Positions 9,515 to 18,805 of a DNA stretch of 64,000 nt are shown here, piece by piece (position 1 is the stretch's first letter; every line of letters begins with the position of its first letter). This DNA comes from Gammaproteobacteria bacterium. GTDB taxonomy: Bacteria > Pseudomonadota > Gammaproteobacteria > Steroidobacterales > Steroidobacteraceae. The translations under genes were made by a program, and so were the position numbers. The notes beneath the pieces are model-generated. The model had not been told where the DNA came from, ran no database searches, and saw nothing but the letters and a program-made list of their open reading frames with translations. The DNA is taken from contig JAFAPI010000114.1 in the NCBI GenBank assembly GCA_019247195.1, positions 259-64,258 on the forward strand. Reading direction: 5' to 3'.

Positions 9515-10047
9515 GCGCGATCCCGCAGCGCGAGCGCGCGCGGACCTAACTGTCCGAGCAGGCGATCGATGCTCGCGTAGAGCAGCGCCGCGACCAGGAC
9601 GCCCACACCGATCGTCAGCCCGTCGACGGGCTGCAGGGGTCGCGCGGCGACCGAGGCGCTCGCGGCGAGCGCAGTGGCCAGGACAAGGTTGCGCAGCACC
9701 ATCCAGCGGGCGATCGGCTGGCGCTCGGCGAACCCGCCGCAACCGCAGGAGAGCTCATGCCGACCGCGCCGCAGGTTGACCGCGAGCGCCAGCGCATACA
9801 CGAAGAGCAGGGCCGCACCAGCCCCCGCCGCGAGTCCACGGGTGCTGGGCACCAGCAGCCCGAGCGCGATGAGCAGCTCGAGCAGCGGCACCAGCACCGC
9901 CACGCCCCCTGCCCGCGGCGCCACGAGCTGGTAAGCCTCAAACAGGCCGCGGAACGCGCGCAGGTCGCGCAGCTTGTGCCAGGCGGCATTCGCGAACAGC
10001 AGGGCCAATGCGCCACCGATCAGCAGGCTCAGGGCAGGATCGAGCAT
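9511..10047 (-). CDS. mauE: Methylamine utilisation protein MauE (multi-pass membrane protein)
   Basis: The 178-aa hydrophobic protein starting MLDPALSLLIGGALALLFANAAWHKL contains the conserved CGCGG motif. It is translationally coupled to mauD. Confidence 0.8.
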   Translation of the reverse strand: MLDPALSLLIGGALALLFANAAWHKLRDLRAFRGLFEAYQLVAPRAGGVAVLVPLLELLIALGLLVPSTRGLAAGAGAALLFVYALALAVNLRRGRHELSCGCGGFAERQPIARWMVLRNLVLATALAASASVAARPLQPVDGLTIGVGVLVAALLYASIDRLLGQLGPRALALRDRA

Positions 10048-10113
10048 CGGCGCATCATAGCAAGCGCATCGCGATGCAAAGCGCGCCGCGACCGGCCTTC
10101 GTACAATGCGCCC

Positions 10114-10689
10114 ATGAACCGGGCCCGGCTCGAGGCGTTCACCGATGGAGTGATCGCCATCATCATCACCATCATGGTGCTCGAAATCCACGTGCCGGCA
10201 GGGCACGACTGGTCGGCGCTGCGCGCGGAAGTGCCGATCCTGCTCGCCTACGTGCTCGCCTACGTGAACGTCGGCATCTTCTGGAACAACCACCATCACA
10301 TGCTGCACGCCGCCGAGCGGGTCAATGGCCGCGTGCTGTGGGCGAACCTGCTGCTGCTCTTCTGGTTGTCGCTGGTGCCGTTCGTCATCCGCTGGATGGA
10401 TGAGGCCGGATTCGCGGCTGCACCCGTCGCCGCTTACGGCGTCGTGCTGTCCGGCGCCGCCGTGGGCTATACCCTTCTCGAGCGCGTCCTCATTGCCTAT
10501 AACGGCCCCCATTCCCGCCTGGCGCGCGCCGTGGGGTCGGACCGCAAGGGCAAGCTCTCCCTGCTCGGCTACCTGCTCAGCATCCCGCTCGCCTTCTATC
10601 AGCCCCTGGCCTCACTCGCGGTATATGTGCTCATCGCGCTGGTGTGGCTGGTCCCCGACCGCCGCATCGAGGCGCACCTCGACGCCTAG
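10114..10689 (+). CDS. TMEM175-family (DUF1211) putative potassium channel
   Basis: The N-terminus MNRARLEAFTDGVIAIIITIMVLE carries the family signature (RLEAFSDGV..I..TI.VL-like). There are about 6 hydrophobic segments in 191 aa. Confidence 0.75.
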   Translation: MNRARLEAFTDGVIAIIITIMVLEIHVPAGHDWSALRAEVPILLAYVLAYVNVGIFWNNHHHMLHAAERVNGRVLWANLLLLFWLSLVPFVIRWMDEAGFAAAPVAAYGVVLSGAAVGYTLLERVLIAYNGPHSRLARAVGSDRKGKLSLLGYLLSIPLAFYQPLASLAVYVLIALVWLVPDRRIEAHLDA

Positions 10690-10705
10690 GCGCCTGATCA
10701 TGGCG

Positions 10706-11602
10706 CTAGCGCAGGATCACCGTGCGCGCGCCGTTAAGGAATACGCGGTGCTCGGTGACATCGCGCACCGCCGCAGACAGCGCGCGCCGCTCCGAGTCGC
10801 GGCCGGCCGCGACCAGCATCTGGGGCGTGTGGCCATGGTCCACGCGCTCGACGATTTGCTCGATGATCGGTCCCTCGTCCAGCTCGGCGGTCACATAGTG
10901 CGCGGTAGCCCCGATCACCTTGACACCGCGCTCGTACGCTTGGTGATAGGGCTTGGCGCCCTTGAAGCCCGGCAGAAACGAATGGTGGATGTTGATGGCG
11001 CGGCCGCGCAGCCGCTCGCACAGTGCGTCGGACAGCACCTGCATGTAGCGCGCCAGCACGACCAGCTCGGTGCGGGTGGAGTCAATCAGTTCGAGCAGGC
11101 GCCGTTCCTGCTCGGCCTTGTTGGCTGGCGTGACCGGCAGATGAAAGAAGGGCACATTGTGCCGCAGGGCGGTCGGCTGGAGCGTGACGTGATTGGAGAC
11201 GATCGCCGTCACGTCCATGCACAGCTCACCGGTGCGGTGGCGGTACAGCAGATCCTCCAGGCAGTGATCGAAGTTGGACACCATGATCAGCACGCGGGTG
11301 CGCTCCCGGCTGTCATGGATGCGCCATTCCAGCTGCTGCTCCATCGCCAGGACGTCGAACTCCGCGCGCAGCCGCGGCAGGTCGAGCACCTCGCCCTGAA
11401 CCCCGCAGAAGGTGATGCGCACGAAGAAACGCTGCGACACGGTATCGTCGAACTGATGCATCTCCATGAGATAGAAACGCCGCGCCGCGAGGAACCCGGT
11501 GATGGCCGCCGTGGTGCCCATGCGGCTGGCGCAGGTCGCAGTCAGGATGCAGGGGTGCTCGGTCGCGAACTTCACGGCAGGTTCCAGGCGAAGACGCTGC
11601 AA
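10706..11602 (-). CDS. purU: Formyltetrahydrofolate deformylase
   Basis: The formyl-transferase core is present (VLARYMQVLS..INIHHSFLPGFKGAKPYHQAYERGVKVIGATAHYVT..LDEGPIIEQ) behind an N-terminal ACT-like part. The exact start is uncertain. Confidence 0.85.
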   Translation of the reverse strand: MQRLRLEPAVKFATEHPCILTATCASRMGTTAAITGFLAARRFYLMEMHQFDDTVSQRFFVRITFCGVQGEVLDLPRLRAEFDVLAMEQQLEWRIHDSRERTRVLIMVSNFDHCLEDLLYRHRTGELCMDVTAIVSNHVTLQPTALRHNVPFFHLPVTPANKAEQERRLLELIDSTRTELVVLARYMQVLSDALCERLRGRAINIHHSFLPGFKGAKPYHQAYERGVKVIGATAHYVTAELDEGPIIEQIVERVDHGHTPQMLVAAGRDSERRALSAAVRDVTEHRVFLNGARTVILR

Positions 11603-11662
11603 GCCTGACAGCGGGGGCGGCGGGACTCTGGCCCAAATGGGACCGCCACTGGCGCGTACGCG

Positions 11663-12274
11663 TCAACGCGGCTGCGGGCGGGAGCAGTCCTCGGGCCTCA
11701 CCGGACCCAGGCGGATCTCGCAGAATCGGGCCGTGGCGTGGACCGGTCGCAGCTCGCCCGGCACGGTGCCGAGGCGCAGCGCGTCCCACGGCTCGAGGGT
11801 GAGTACGCCTTCGCCACCCACCCATTCACAGGGCTCAAGCGCGAAGAGCAGAACCGCGCCCTCGTCCCGCGGCGCGACCGGCTGCGGATCCCGCAGCCGG
11901 CAGCGGCGGATCCGCGCCCGGTAGCGATCGACTCGCGTCATGACGTTGAGGTCGTGCACCCTCCCCTGCGGCGCGGCGCTGGCGGCGGCGCCCCCATCGA
12001 AAACCAGCGGCGGAGAGTCCGCACTCAGCCGATGGCACCCGCCGCCAACCGTCAGATGCAGACAACCTTCGAGAAGCAGCAGCTGCCGCTCGATGCCCGG
12101 GTAGAGCGAGAAGGGACCCCCGCGCGCGATGTGCGCGACGCTTACGCGCCAGTCGAAGTCATCCAGTCCCGCATGGGGCGGATGTATCGCCACCTCGTAG
12201 GTGAGGCCGCCACCGTTGCGCCACGGACTCGCGCGGCGCGCGGCGGCGGGGAGCCGCGTGGCCTCCACGCTCAC
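11663..12274 (-). CDS. HutD/Ves-family protein
   Basis: The N-terminal signature SPWRNGGGLTYEVA is typical of HutD. The start overlaps the upstream stop by 4 nt. Confidence 0.7.
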   Translation of the reverse strand: MSVEATRLPAAARRASPWRNGGGLTYEVAIHPPHAGLDDFDWRVSVAHIARGGPFSLYPGIERQLLLLEGCLHLTVGGGCHRLSADSPPLVFDGGAAASAAPQGRVHDLNVMTRVDRYRARIRRCRLRDPQPVAPRDEGAVLLFALEPCEWVGGEGVLTLEPWDALRLGTVPGELRPVHATARFCEIRLGPVRPEDCSRPQPR

Positions 12275-12699
12275 GCCGCCGGTACGGGTAGAGAGAAGGC
12301 ACCGCCGGGAATGTGCGGCGTGCCCGGCGGAATCTCGTAGTAGTCACCCTTGTCGGCGACGAAGATATGGGCGGCGATCTTCAGGCCCCTGCTGTCATCG
12401 AGAGTGCCGGCGGCGATACTCAGGTGCGGCAATCCCTGGCCATCCCAAAACAGCGTCGAGCCGCAGCGCTCGCAGAATCCGCGGCGCGCCTGCGGCGAGG
12501 ACTCGTACCAGCGCAGTCCGTCGGGGCGCACGATGCGCACGTGCGCGCGCGCGGCGGCGGTCGCTGCCATGAAGTGGCCGGTGGTGCGGCGGCACTGCTC
12601 GCAGTGGCAGGCGATGACGTCACGCAGCGGACCGTGCACGGCATAGCGCACCGCGCCACACAGGCACCCCCCGCCGCGGGGCCCCAGCGCCTCACTCAT
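12271..12699 (-). CDS. GFA-family (glutathione-dependent formaldehyde-activating enzyme/CENP-V fold) protein
   Basis: The Cys-rich zinc motifs GGCLCGAVRY, CHCEQCRR and CERCGS are present in 142 aa. Confidence 0.8.
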   Translation of the reverse strand: MSEALGPRGGGCLCGAVRYAVHGPLRDVIACHCEQCRRTTGHFMAATAAARAHVRIVRPDGLRWYESSPQARRGFCERCGSTLFWDGQGLPHLSIAAGTLDDSRGLKIAAHIFVADKGDYYEIPPGTPHIPGGAFSLPVPAA

Positions 12700-14800
12700 G
12701 GGGCCGCCCGGCGAGCTTCTGCCGCAGGTAGACGAAGCTCAAGGCCCACATCTCCGCCGCCTGCTTGTGATCGGCCGCCGCGGCGTGACCCCCATCGGTG
12801 TTCTCGTAGAAAAGCACCTGGTGTCCCTGTGCCTCCATGCGCGCGGCCATCTTGCGGGCGTGCACCGGCGTGACCCGGTCATCGCTGGTGGCTGTCACGA
12901 AAAAGACCGGTGGGTAGCGCCGGTCGGCTCGCACGTTCTGGTAGGGGGAGTACTTGAGGATCCACGCGCGGTCATCGGCCTTGGCCGGGTCGCCGTACTC
13001 CGCCGCCCACGAAGCCCCGGCGCCGATCTGCGTGTAGCGGATCATGTCGATGAGGGGCACCTGGCAGACCACCGCGCCAAAGAGCTGCGGCTGCTCCACC
13101 ATGTTGGCGCTGACCAGCAGTCCGCCGTTCGAGCCCCCCATGATGCCCAGCTGGGCAGTGGTGGTGATGCCGCGCTTGAGCAGGTCACGGGCGACGGCCT
13201 GAAAGTCGTCATAGGCCTTCTGGCGGTTCGCGAGCAGTGCAGCCTGGTGCCACGCCGGGCCGTACTCACCCCCGCCGCGGATGTTGGCCACCACGAACAC
13301 CCCGCCGCGGGTCAGCCACAGCATGCCGAAGTTCGCCGAGTAGCTCGGCGTCAGGGAGATCTCGAAACCACCGTAGCCGTACAGCACGGTCGGTGCCGGG
13401 CCCTTGAGCTCGCTCGAGCGGGTCACGAAGTACGGCACGCGGGTACCGTCGGCGGAAATCGCGAAGAACTGCTCGGTCTTCAGGTGCGATGCGTCGAACC
13501 GCGGGGGTAGCGACTTGATCGCATGCGGCTGATCGCTGCCGTCGTCGCTGTACAAGGTGGTGGGCGTGGTGAAACTCTCGAAACGGAACTGCACCGCCGG
13601 ACTCCAGGCATCCGCCGCCACGATCTGGGTCGCCCCGCCGGTCGGCAGCGGCAGCACCTGATCACGCCAGCGGCCCTCAGGGCCGGGACGCAGCACGTGG
13701 ATGCTGCCGGTGACGTCGTGATAGACCGAGAGGTAGACGGCGTCGCGTCCGCTCGCGACCTCGTCGATCGAGCTGTGCGCGTCGGGAGTGAACAGCACGG
13801 CGACCGCCTGCGCAGCCGGAGCACTGGGGCGGTAGGCGATGAGCGCCCCCTTCGGCAGCTCGGCGCCCCCGGGCGGGCGCCACGCATCACGCAGCGTGAA
13901 CAGCAGTACGTCCCCCTGCGCGCCTTTGAGGTCCGCGCCGAGCGGCAGGGGAAGCTGCCGCGTCGAGCCGTCCGGAAGGAGCAGGTAGTACTCGCTGGTG
14001 AAGAAGGTCACGCCGCGCTGGATGACCGTCACGGTGCCGGTCGGTGAATGAAAGACCACCGCCTGGGAGGTCACGTCCTCAAGCTTGCCTTCGAAGAGGG
14101 TACGGGCCGCCGTCAGGGGCGTGCCGCGCTCCCAGAGCTTGACCACGTTGGGGTAGCCCGACGCCGTCATCGTGCCCGGGCCATAGTCGGTGCCCACCAG
14201 CACCGTGTCCTCGTCGAGATAGGTGATCGCCGATTTGGCTTCGCTGAGTGCGAACCCCTCGGGCACGAAGCTCTTGGTCGCCAGGTCGAACTCTCGCACC
14301 ACCACGGCATCTCCTCCGCCCCTGGAGAGGCTGAGCAGGCAGCGCTTGAGCCCGGGCGTGCAGTCGCTGCCCTTCCACACCCAGTTCTCGTGCTCGCTCG
14401 CCGCGAGCTTGTCCAGGTCCAGCAGCACGTCCCACGGCGGGGACTCACGGGCGTAGTCCGCATTCGGAGTGCGGCGCCACAGGCCCTTGGGATGCTCGGC
14501 GTCCTGCCAGAAGTTGAAAAGGTAGCCGTGATCGAGGTTGCCATAGGGAATACGGTCGGTCGCGTCCAGCACCCGCAGGATGGCGGCGTAGTCCTGGGCG
14601 TATTCCGGATCGGCCTGCAGCTGCGCCATGGACTTGGCGTTCTGCTCCTTGACCCAGTCCATCGCGCGCGCGCCATGGATGTCTTCGAGCCACAGGTACG
14701 GGTCCGCGGCCGCGCCGCTCTTGTGCTCCACGCTGTTCGCTCCGCTTGCTGCGCCGATCCCGGCGAGAAGACCCGCAACCATCATCCACAGTCTGCGCAT
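12692..14800 (-). CDS. Secreted prolyl oligopeptidase-family (S9A) serine peptidase
   Basis: The start reads DPYLWLED, the catalytic serine elbow is GGSNGGLL, and a C-terminal DDRV..H block is present. The ATG at 14800 is preceded by GGAGGA (7-nt spacer) and gives the signal peptide MRRLWMMVAGLLAGIGAASG. Confidence 0.85.
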   Translation of the reverse strand: MRRLWMMVAGLLAGIGAASGANSVEHKSGAAADPYLWLEDIHGARAMDWVKEQNAKSMAQLQADPEYAQDYAAILRVLDATDRIPYGNLDHGYLFNFWQDAEHPKGLWRRTPNADYARESPPWDVLLDLDKLAASEHENWVWKGSDCTPGLKRCLLSLSRGGGDAVVVREFDLATKSFVPEGFALSEAKSAITYLDEDTVLVGTDYGPGTMTASGYPNVVKLWERGTPLTAARTLFEGKLEDVTSQAVVFHSPTGTVTVIQRGVTFFTSEYYLLLPDGSTRQLPLPLGADLKGAQGDVLLFTLRDAWRPPGGAELPKGALIAYRPSAPAAQAVAVLFTPDAHSSIDEVASGRDAVYLSVYHDVTGSIHVLRPGPEGRWRDQVLPLPTGGATQIVAADAWSPAVQFRFESFTTPTTLYSDDGSDQPHAIKSLPPRFDASHLKTEQFFAISADGTRVPYFVTRSSELKGPAPTVLYGYGGFEISLTPSYSANFGMLWLTRGGVFVVANIRGGGEYGPAWHQAALLANRQKAYDDFQAVARDLLKRGITTTAQLGIMGGSNGGLLVSANMVEQPQLFGAVVCQVPLIDMIRYTQIGAGASWAAEYGDPAKADDRAWILKYSPYQNVRADRRYPPVFFVTATSDDRVTPVHARKMAARMEAQGHQVLFYENTDGGHAAAADHKQAAEMWALSFVYLRQKLAGRPHE

Positions 14801-14854
14801 GTTACCGTCCTCCGCCGCGGCGGCATGCCGGCCCCGCCACCGAGTCGCGGATTC

Positions 14855-14878
14855 TGACAAAAGCGCGCGGCCGCGCGC
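14855..14878 (-). terminator. Intrinsic terminator candidate after the four-gene FkbH cassette
   Basis: On the minus strand, a perfect 16-nt GC palindrome GCGCGCGGCCGCGCGC (14863-14878) is followed by TTTTGT. It begins 21 nt after the stop at 14900. Confidence 0.55.
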
Positions 14879-14899
14879 AAAGGCGCCCCGCCGTCTACC

Positions 14900-16033
14900 T
14901 CAGAGATTGATCGGCCCGTCGCCATCGCCGCGGTTGACGTGGAGGTCGGGCAACGCGACCGCCGGGGCGAACGCCGCCGTGCGGGCGAGGATGAAGTTGG
15001 AGGGACCGGCGAGAAAGAGATTCGCGCGCAGCCCGCGGCGCCAGGCGCGGTGCGCCTGGTTGCTGACGATGAGGTCGACCCCGGCTGCGGCGAGCTCGCG
15101 GCTCGCAAGCCACACTGCGGCCGCGACCTGATGTGGCGCGCACAAGCCGTCGACGAGACAACCGAGCCGCAGATCCCCGAACTGCTTGTGATCGCGCAGC
15201 AGGTTGCAGCTGAGGACCAGCCACCCTGCGACCCGCCCCTCGCTCTTCAGCAGAAAGCGCAGCAGGCGCGGATCGCCGGCGGGGAACTTGATATTGAGCG
15301 CGACAGCGCGGCGATCGAGTAGAGCCGGATAGGCCGCCAGGCACTGACTCTGGACCTCGTCCACCCGCTCATCGAAACGGTCGACGGCGACCAGCCTCAG
15401 GCCCCTCTCCCGGCGGGGTCCCGCCAGCCGTGCCGCCACACGCCATGCCCAGGCGCCGGCGCTGGCCAGACCCGAGGCGGCCAGGCTGCGGCGCAGCGCC
15501 CGCCGCGCGGCGGTGGAGTCGAAGGCGCGCAGATGGCGAGCCACCGCGCCCCCATTCAGGATCCGAAAGTAGAAGGGCACGGGCTCGACGCTCCAGCCGA
15601 GCCGTGCCAAGAGCTTAGGCAGCGGGCGCGCCACATCGCCCATGCCGAGGCTGTAGAGTGCGTCCGCCTGCCGCTGCGCATGCTGCGCGAGCGCGAGTCC
15701 GACCGCCGCAAAGCGGCGATCGAGGATTCCCTCCGACAGCGGCAGCTGAAAATTCCCGATCGGCGTCGTCTTGCCGCGCAGCCACAGCGTCTCGTGCTTG
15801 AGCAGATAGCCGCCGCGCACCGTGCCGGCCACGTGCGCCACCCACAGATCGGTCCACGGCCCCGCGCCCGGTTCGGCGGGGGTGGAGAGTTCTTCCGGAG
15901 TGGTCGGCAGCCGAAAGCCGCTCGCCGCAAGCCGCGCATTGAAGGCGCGCAGGCGGATGTCATCGCCGCGGGCGAAGCGGGCAATTTCGATCAACCCGCC
16001 CCCACCAGAAGTTTGTGAGCAAGCCAGCGCCAT
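14900..16033 (-). CDS. Hypothetical protein, possibly a GNAT/FemAB-like acyltransferase (last gene of the FkbH cassette)
   Basis: This is a long ORF with normal amino-acid composition, co-directional with and overlapping the upstream gene. The start is either the ATG at 16033 (43-nt overlap) or the TTG at 15994 (TTGA overlap with the upstream stop). The fold assignment is from general resemblance only. Confidence 0.5.
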   Translation of the reverse strand: MALACSQTSGGGGLIEIARFARGDDIRLRAFNARLAASGFRLPTTPEELSTPAEPGAGPWTDLWVAHVAGTVRGGYLLKHETLWLRGKTTPIGNFQLPLSEGILDRRFAAVGLALAQHAQRQADALYSLGMGDVARPLPKLLARLGWSVEPVPFYFRILNGGAVARHLRAFDSTAARRALRRSLAASGLASAGAWAWRVAARLAGPRRERGLRLVAVDRFDERVDEVQSQCLAAYPALLDRRAVALNIKFPAGDPRLLRFLLKSEGRVAGWLVLSCNLLRDHKQFGDLRLGCLVDGLCAPHQVAAAVWLASRELAAAGVDLIVSNQAHRAWRRGLRANLFLAGPSNFILARTAAFAPAVALPDLHVNRGDGDGPINL

Positions 16034-16926
16034 TCGAGCGACTGGCGCGCCGCTGCGCTCAGCCTGCTGATGCCGCGTCGTGCTGCGATGTAGTCGAGGA
16101 GCGTGCCGACCGGTACGAACCAGCCGGGCTTGCGCGACAGGCGCTCCAGCAGCTGCCGCACCCGGGCGTGGAGCCGCCCGGAAGCATCGACGAACTCGGC
16201 GGCGAAATGGGTGTAGACAATACACGCGCCGCCGGAGGCCTCGAGAGCATCCTGGTGCGCCTCGGACAACATGTCGACGAAGTGCGCGCAGTGCTGGGCG
16301 TGTGCCGCCGCATACCAGGCGTTGACGTAGGGTCGCGCCGGATCGTGGTAGGGCATCCACGGACAGCTGGCGAGGGTGTCGATGCGGCCGAAGACAAAGT
16401 TACGCACGTAGCGGATGCGGCGCTGGCAGAGGTCGCCCCAGAAGTACGGCGAACCCACCACGTGCCCCACGTGACTGCCCGGGCCGCGGGCCACCAGCAG
16501 CCGATACAGGGTGCTCAGCGGCGGACTGAGCCGCGCCGCACCCCAGTAGATGCCCTCCCGCGAGAGCGCATGATTGGACATCGTCACCGGGTCGTGGCCG
16601 AAGAGTTCGCGGAAGCGATCCAGCGCCCGCTCGACCTGCCCCCGGTGCAGACCGGTGTGATAGGCGTTGTGGTAGCCGATCTCGTAACCCCGGCGCTGCA
16701 GCTCGAGCACGTAACGCAGGTACTCGGCGTCATCACAGGTCGAACCCTCGCGGCCGCGCGGCTCGAGTCCGGGGCCCGTGGCGGGCCATACAGACTTCGT
16801 GGTCCGCATGCCGCATCGGTAGAGACACTCGTACGCCGCCTCGTAGTTGCCCGGGCGGGCCAGATCCGTATCGTCGAAGATGCTGAAGGCGAAACGTTTC
16901 CCGTCGGGCCAGGGCAGTGCAGCCAT
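15991..16926 (-). CDS. Polysaccharide deacetylase-like (CE4/NodB-type) protein
   Basis: CE4-like metal/catalytic motifs are visible: FSIFDDTD (motif 1, Asp-Asp) and GYHNAYH (His-x3-His). The ATG at 16926 overlaps the ACP stop (ATGA). Confidence 0.65.
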   Translation of the reverse strand: MAALPWPDGKRFAFSIFDDTDLARPGNYEAAYECLYRCGMRTTKSVWPATGPGLEPRGREGSTCDDAEYLRYVLELQRRGYEIGYHNAYHTGLHRGQVERALDRFRELFGHDPVTMSNHALSREGIYWGAARLSPPLSTLYRLLVARGPGSHVGHVVGSPYFWGDLCQRRIRYVRNFVFGRIDTLASCPWMPYHDPARPYVNAWYAAAHAQHCAHFVDMLSEAHQDALEASGGACIVYTHFAAEFVDASGRLHARVRQLLERLSRKPGWFVPVGTLLDYIAARRGISRLSAAARQSLEWRWLAHKLLVGAG

Positions 16927-17162
16927 CAGCGCGGCTCGCGCAGCCGCATGCGAATCGCCGCCAGCGAGTCCAGCTGGGGGATGTCCTCGAGATTGAAGGT
17001 CACGCCGAAGGTCGACTCCAGCTGGGAGATCAGCTCGAGATGTCCGAGCGAGTCCCATTCCTCAAGATCTCCGAGCTTGAGGTCCGGCTGGTAGCGCTCG
17101 GCCGGGATGCGCAGCGCCGCCAGTACCGCCGCGCGCAGCTTGTCCTCATCGACGCCGCTCAT
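16926..17162 (-). CDS. Acyl carrier protein (phosphopantetheine-binding)
   Basis: This 78-aa acidic protein carries the Ser attachment motif EWDSLGHLELISQLE. Both ends overlap the neighbouring genes by 4 nt (ATGA). Confidence 0.75.
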   Translation of the reverse strand: MSGVDEDKLRAAVLAALRIPAERYQPDLKLGDLEEWDSLGHLELISQLESTFGVTFNLEDIPQLDSLAAIRMRLREPR

Positions 17163-18805
17163 GCGGGGCTGAGCTTGACATAATGCTCGGGCAGGCGCTG
17201 CTCCGCCGCGACATCCAGCGACCATATCGTCCGGTCCTCGCTGGCACGCAGGCCCGACCGCTCGAGAAATTCCCGCGCCACCTCGTTGCGGCCATTCGCC
17301 ACGAAACGCACCTCGAGGCGCGCGACCCCTGCCACTCGTGCCCGTTGCGCCAGCCAGCTGACAAAGGCGTTCTCGACCGTCCGGCCGATGACTCGGCAAC
17401 TGAGCAGGAAATTGTCCACCCGCCAGGTGTGCACGGCGTGTCTGTCGAGCATGGCGAGGCCCACCAGCCCGCTGTCCCCGAAGCGGTCAGCGACGCGCAG
17501 CGTGAGTACCTGGTAGCCCGGGTCGGCGAGGCGCTCTCGCAGCTGCTCGGCGCTGAGCCGCTCGCTCGTGAGGTTGAACTGGTTGGTCTTGTGGATCAGC
17601 TGGTGCGCGCGAGCGAACTCATCCTCACCGGCCACCTGGATGCGCGCGGTGAGGCCCAGCGAGCGATAGAAATCCTCGGGCTTGCGCGCCTTGCCGCGCA
17701 GCTCATCGCGCCGCGCCTCGGCTTGATAGCTTGCGCTGCGCGTCCGGTCCTCGTCGGTCACACGCAGCCGGTCGAAGGCGGTGCAGGTAGTGAGCATGTC
17801 GAGCAGACCCGCCGGGGTCGGCGGAAACTCGAGTACGCGTACTTCAGGTAGCGCCTGCCGCACTTCCTCGCGCTCGAAGGCCGCATCGTCCACGAAGACA
17901 AAGGAGTCCAGTCCAAGACGCAGGCGCTGCGCGATGCGCTGCAGCGCGAGCGACTTCCTGTCCCAGCCGATCTCCAGCGCGGCGAAGTCGTCGGGGCGCA
18001 GCAGGCAGTCCTCGTGCTCGCGCAGCACCGCCAGCGCCTCCGCCGCGTTGTTCTTGGAGCACACCGCGAGCAGCACACCCGAGCGCTTCAGCTCAAGCAA
18101 TGCCTGCTGAAAGCGCCGGTAGAACCAGCCGGCACCGCTCGGCCCCATCGCCAGGCCGGCCGGGCCATCCTCTCCAACGATGCCGCCCCACAGTACGTTA
18201 TCGAGGTCGAGCGCGAGCACTTTGGCCGGTGGACGGGTGAGGGCCGCAAGCGCACGGCACCACAGGGCGGCAAGGTGCCGGGAACCCGAGGGCGAGAAAT
18301 ACAGGCCGCCGAGCGCTTCGAAGCGCGGCTCGCTCAGTGCGCCCACCCCCAGCGCGAGTGCCAGGCTCGACTGATCGACGAGGTGAAACCATGCATGGCG
18401 GGCGGAGAAATCATCGAGCAGATCAGCCACGCGGCGCGCGCGCCGCGCCTGCAGCTGTGGCCGCAGCAGCGGCAGCACCCCGCGCGGGTCGGCGAACAGG
18501 TTGCCGAACATTACGGTGCGCTGCGGGCGCTGTGCCTCGAGTGCCTCGAGAACGGACTGAATCCGGCGCGGCAGGTCTGGCTGATCGAAACCTTCCAGCA
18601 GGCGGGGGGACAATACGAAGGCGAAGGCCGCTTCGGCGCCCTGCCGACTGGTTGCCTGGCCGCCGAGCACCGCGCGCTCCCAAGAATCGAAACCGCCATC
18701 TTCGACCGCCCAGGGAAGACTGGCCGCGCGGCACTGGGCCTGGAGCTCGCGGACGAAGCTGCCCAGCGTCGTGTCTCCCAGCACCATCAGTCGGGACGGG
18801 GTCAT
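17159..18805 (-). CDS. FkbH-like HAD-IIIC phosphatase/acyl-loading enzyme
   Basis: The HAD motif I is LALDLDNVLWGGIVGEDG. The C-terminal FkbH-type domain carries the conserved Cys in FLLSCRVIGRTVE. Length is 548 aa. Confidence 0.8.
   Translation of the reverse strand: MTPSRLMVLGDTTLGSFVRELQAQCRAASLPWAVEDGGFDSWERAVLGGQATSRQGAEAAFAFVLSPRLLEGFDQPDLPRRIQSVLEALEAQRPQRTVMFGNLFADPRGVLPLLRPQLQARRARRVADLLDDFSARHAWFHLVDQSSLALALGVGALSEPRFEALGGLYFSPSGSRHLAALWCRALAALTRPPAKVLALDLDNVLWGGIVGEDGPAGLAMGPSGAGWFYRRFQQALLELKRSGVLLAVCSKNNAAEALAVLREHEDCLLRPDDFAALEIGWDRKSLALQRIAQRLRLGLDSFVFVDDAAFEREEVRQALPEVRVLEFPPTPAGLLDMLTTCTAFDRLRVTDEDRTRSASYQAEARRDELRGKARKPEDFYRSLGLTARIQVAGEDEFARAHQLIHKTNQFNLTSERLSAEQLRERLADPGYQVLTLRVADRFGDSGLVGLAMLDRHAVHTWRVDNFLLSCRVIGRTVENAFVSWLAQRARVAGVARLEVRFVANGRNEVAREFLERSGLRASEDRTIWSLDVAAEQRLPEHYVKLSPA

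Noticed and set aside
9515-10512. Long N-terminal extensions of the mauD (to 9742) and mauE (to 10512) ORFs given by the ORF track. Similar extensions precede glcE, the TonB receptor, the permease, lolA, dnaE2 and the last gene of the FkbH cassette.
   Set aside because: The extensions are Arg/Pro/Ala-rich and overlap the upstream genes. The internal starts restore family-typical N-termini, signal peptides, RBS spacing or 4-nt start/stop overlaps.
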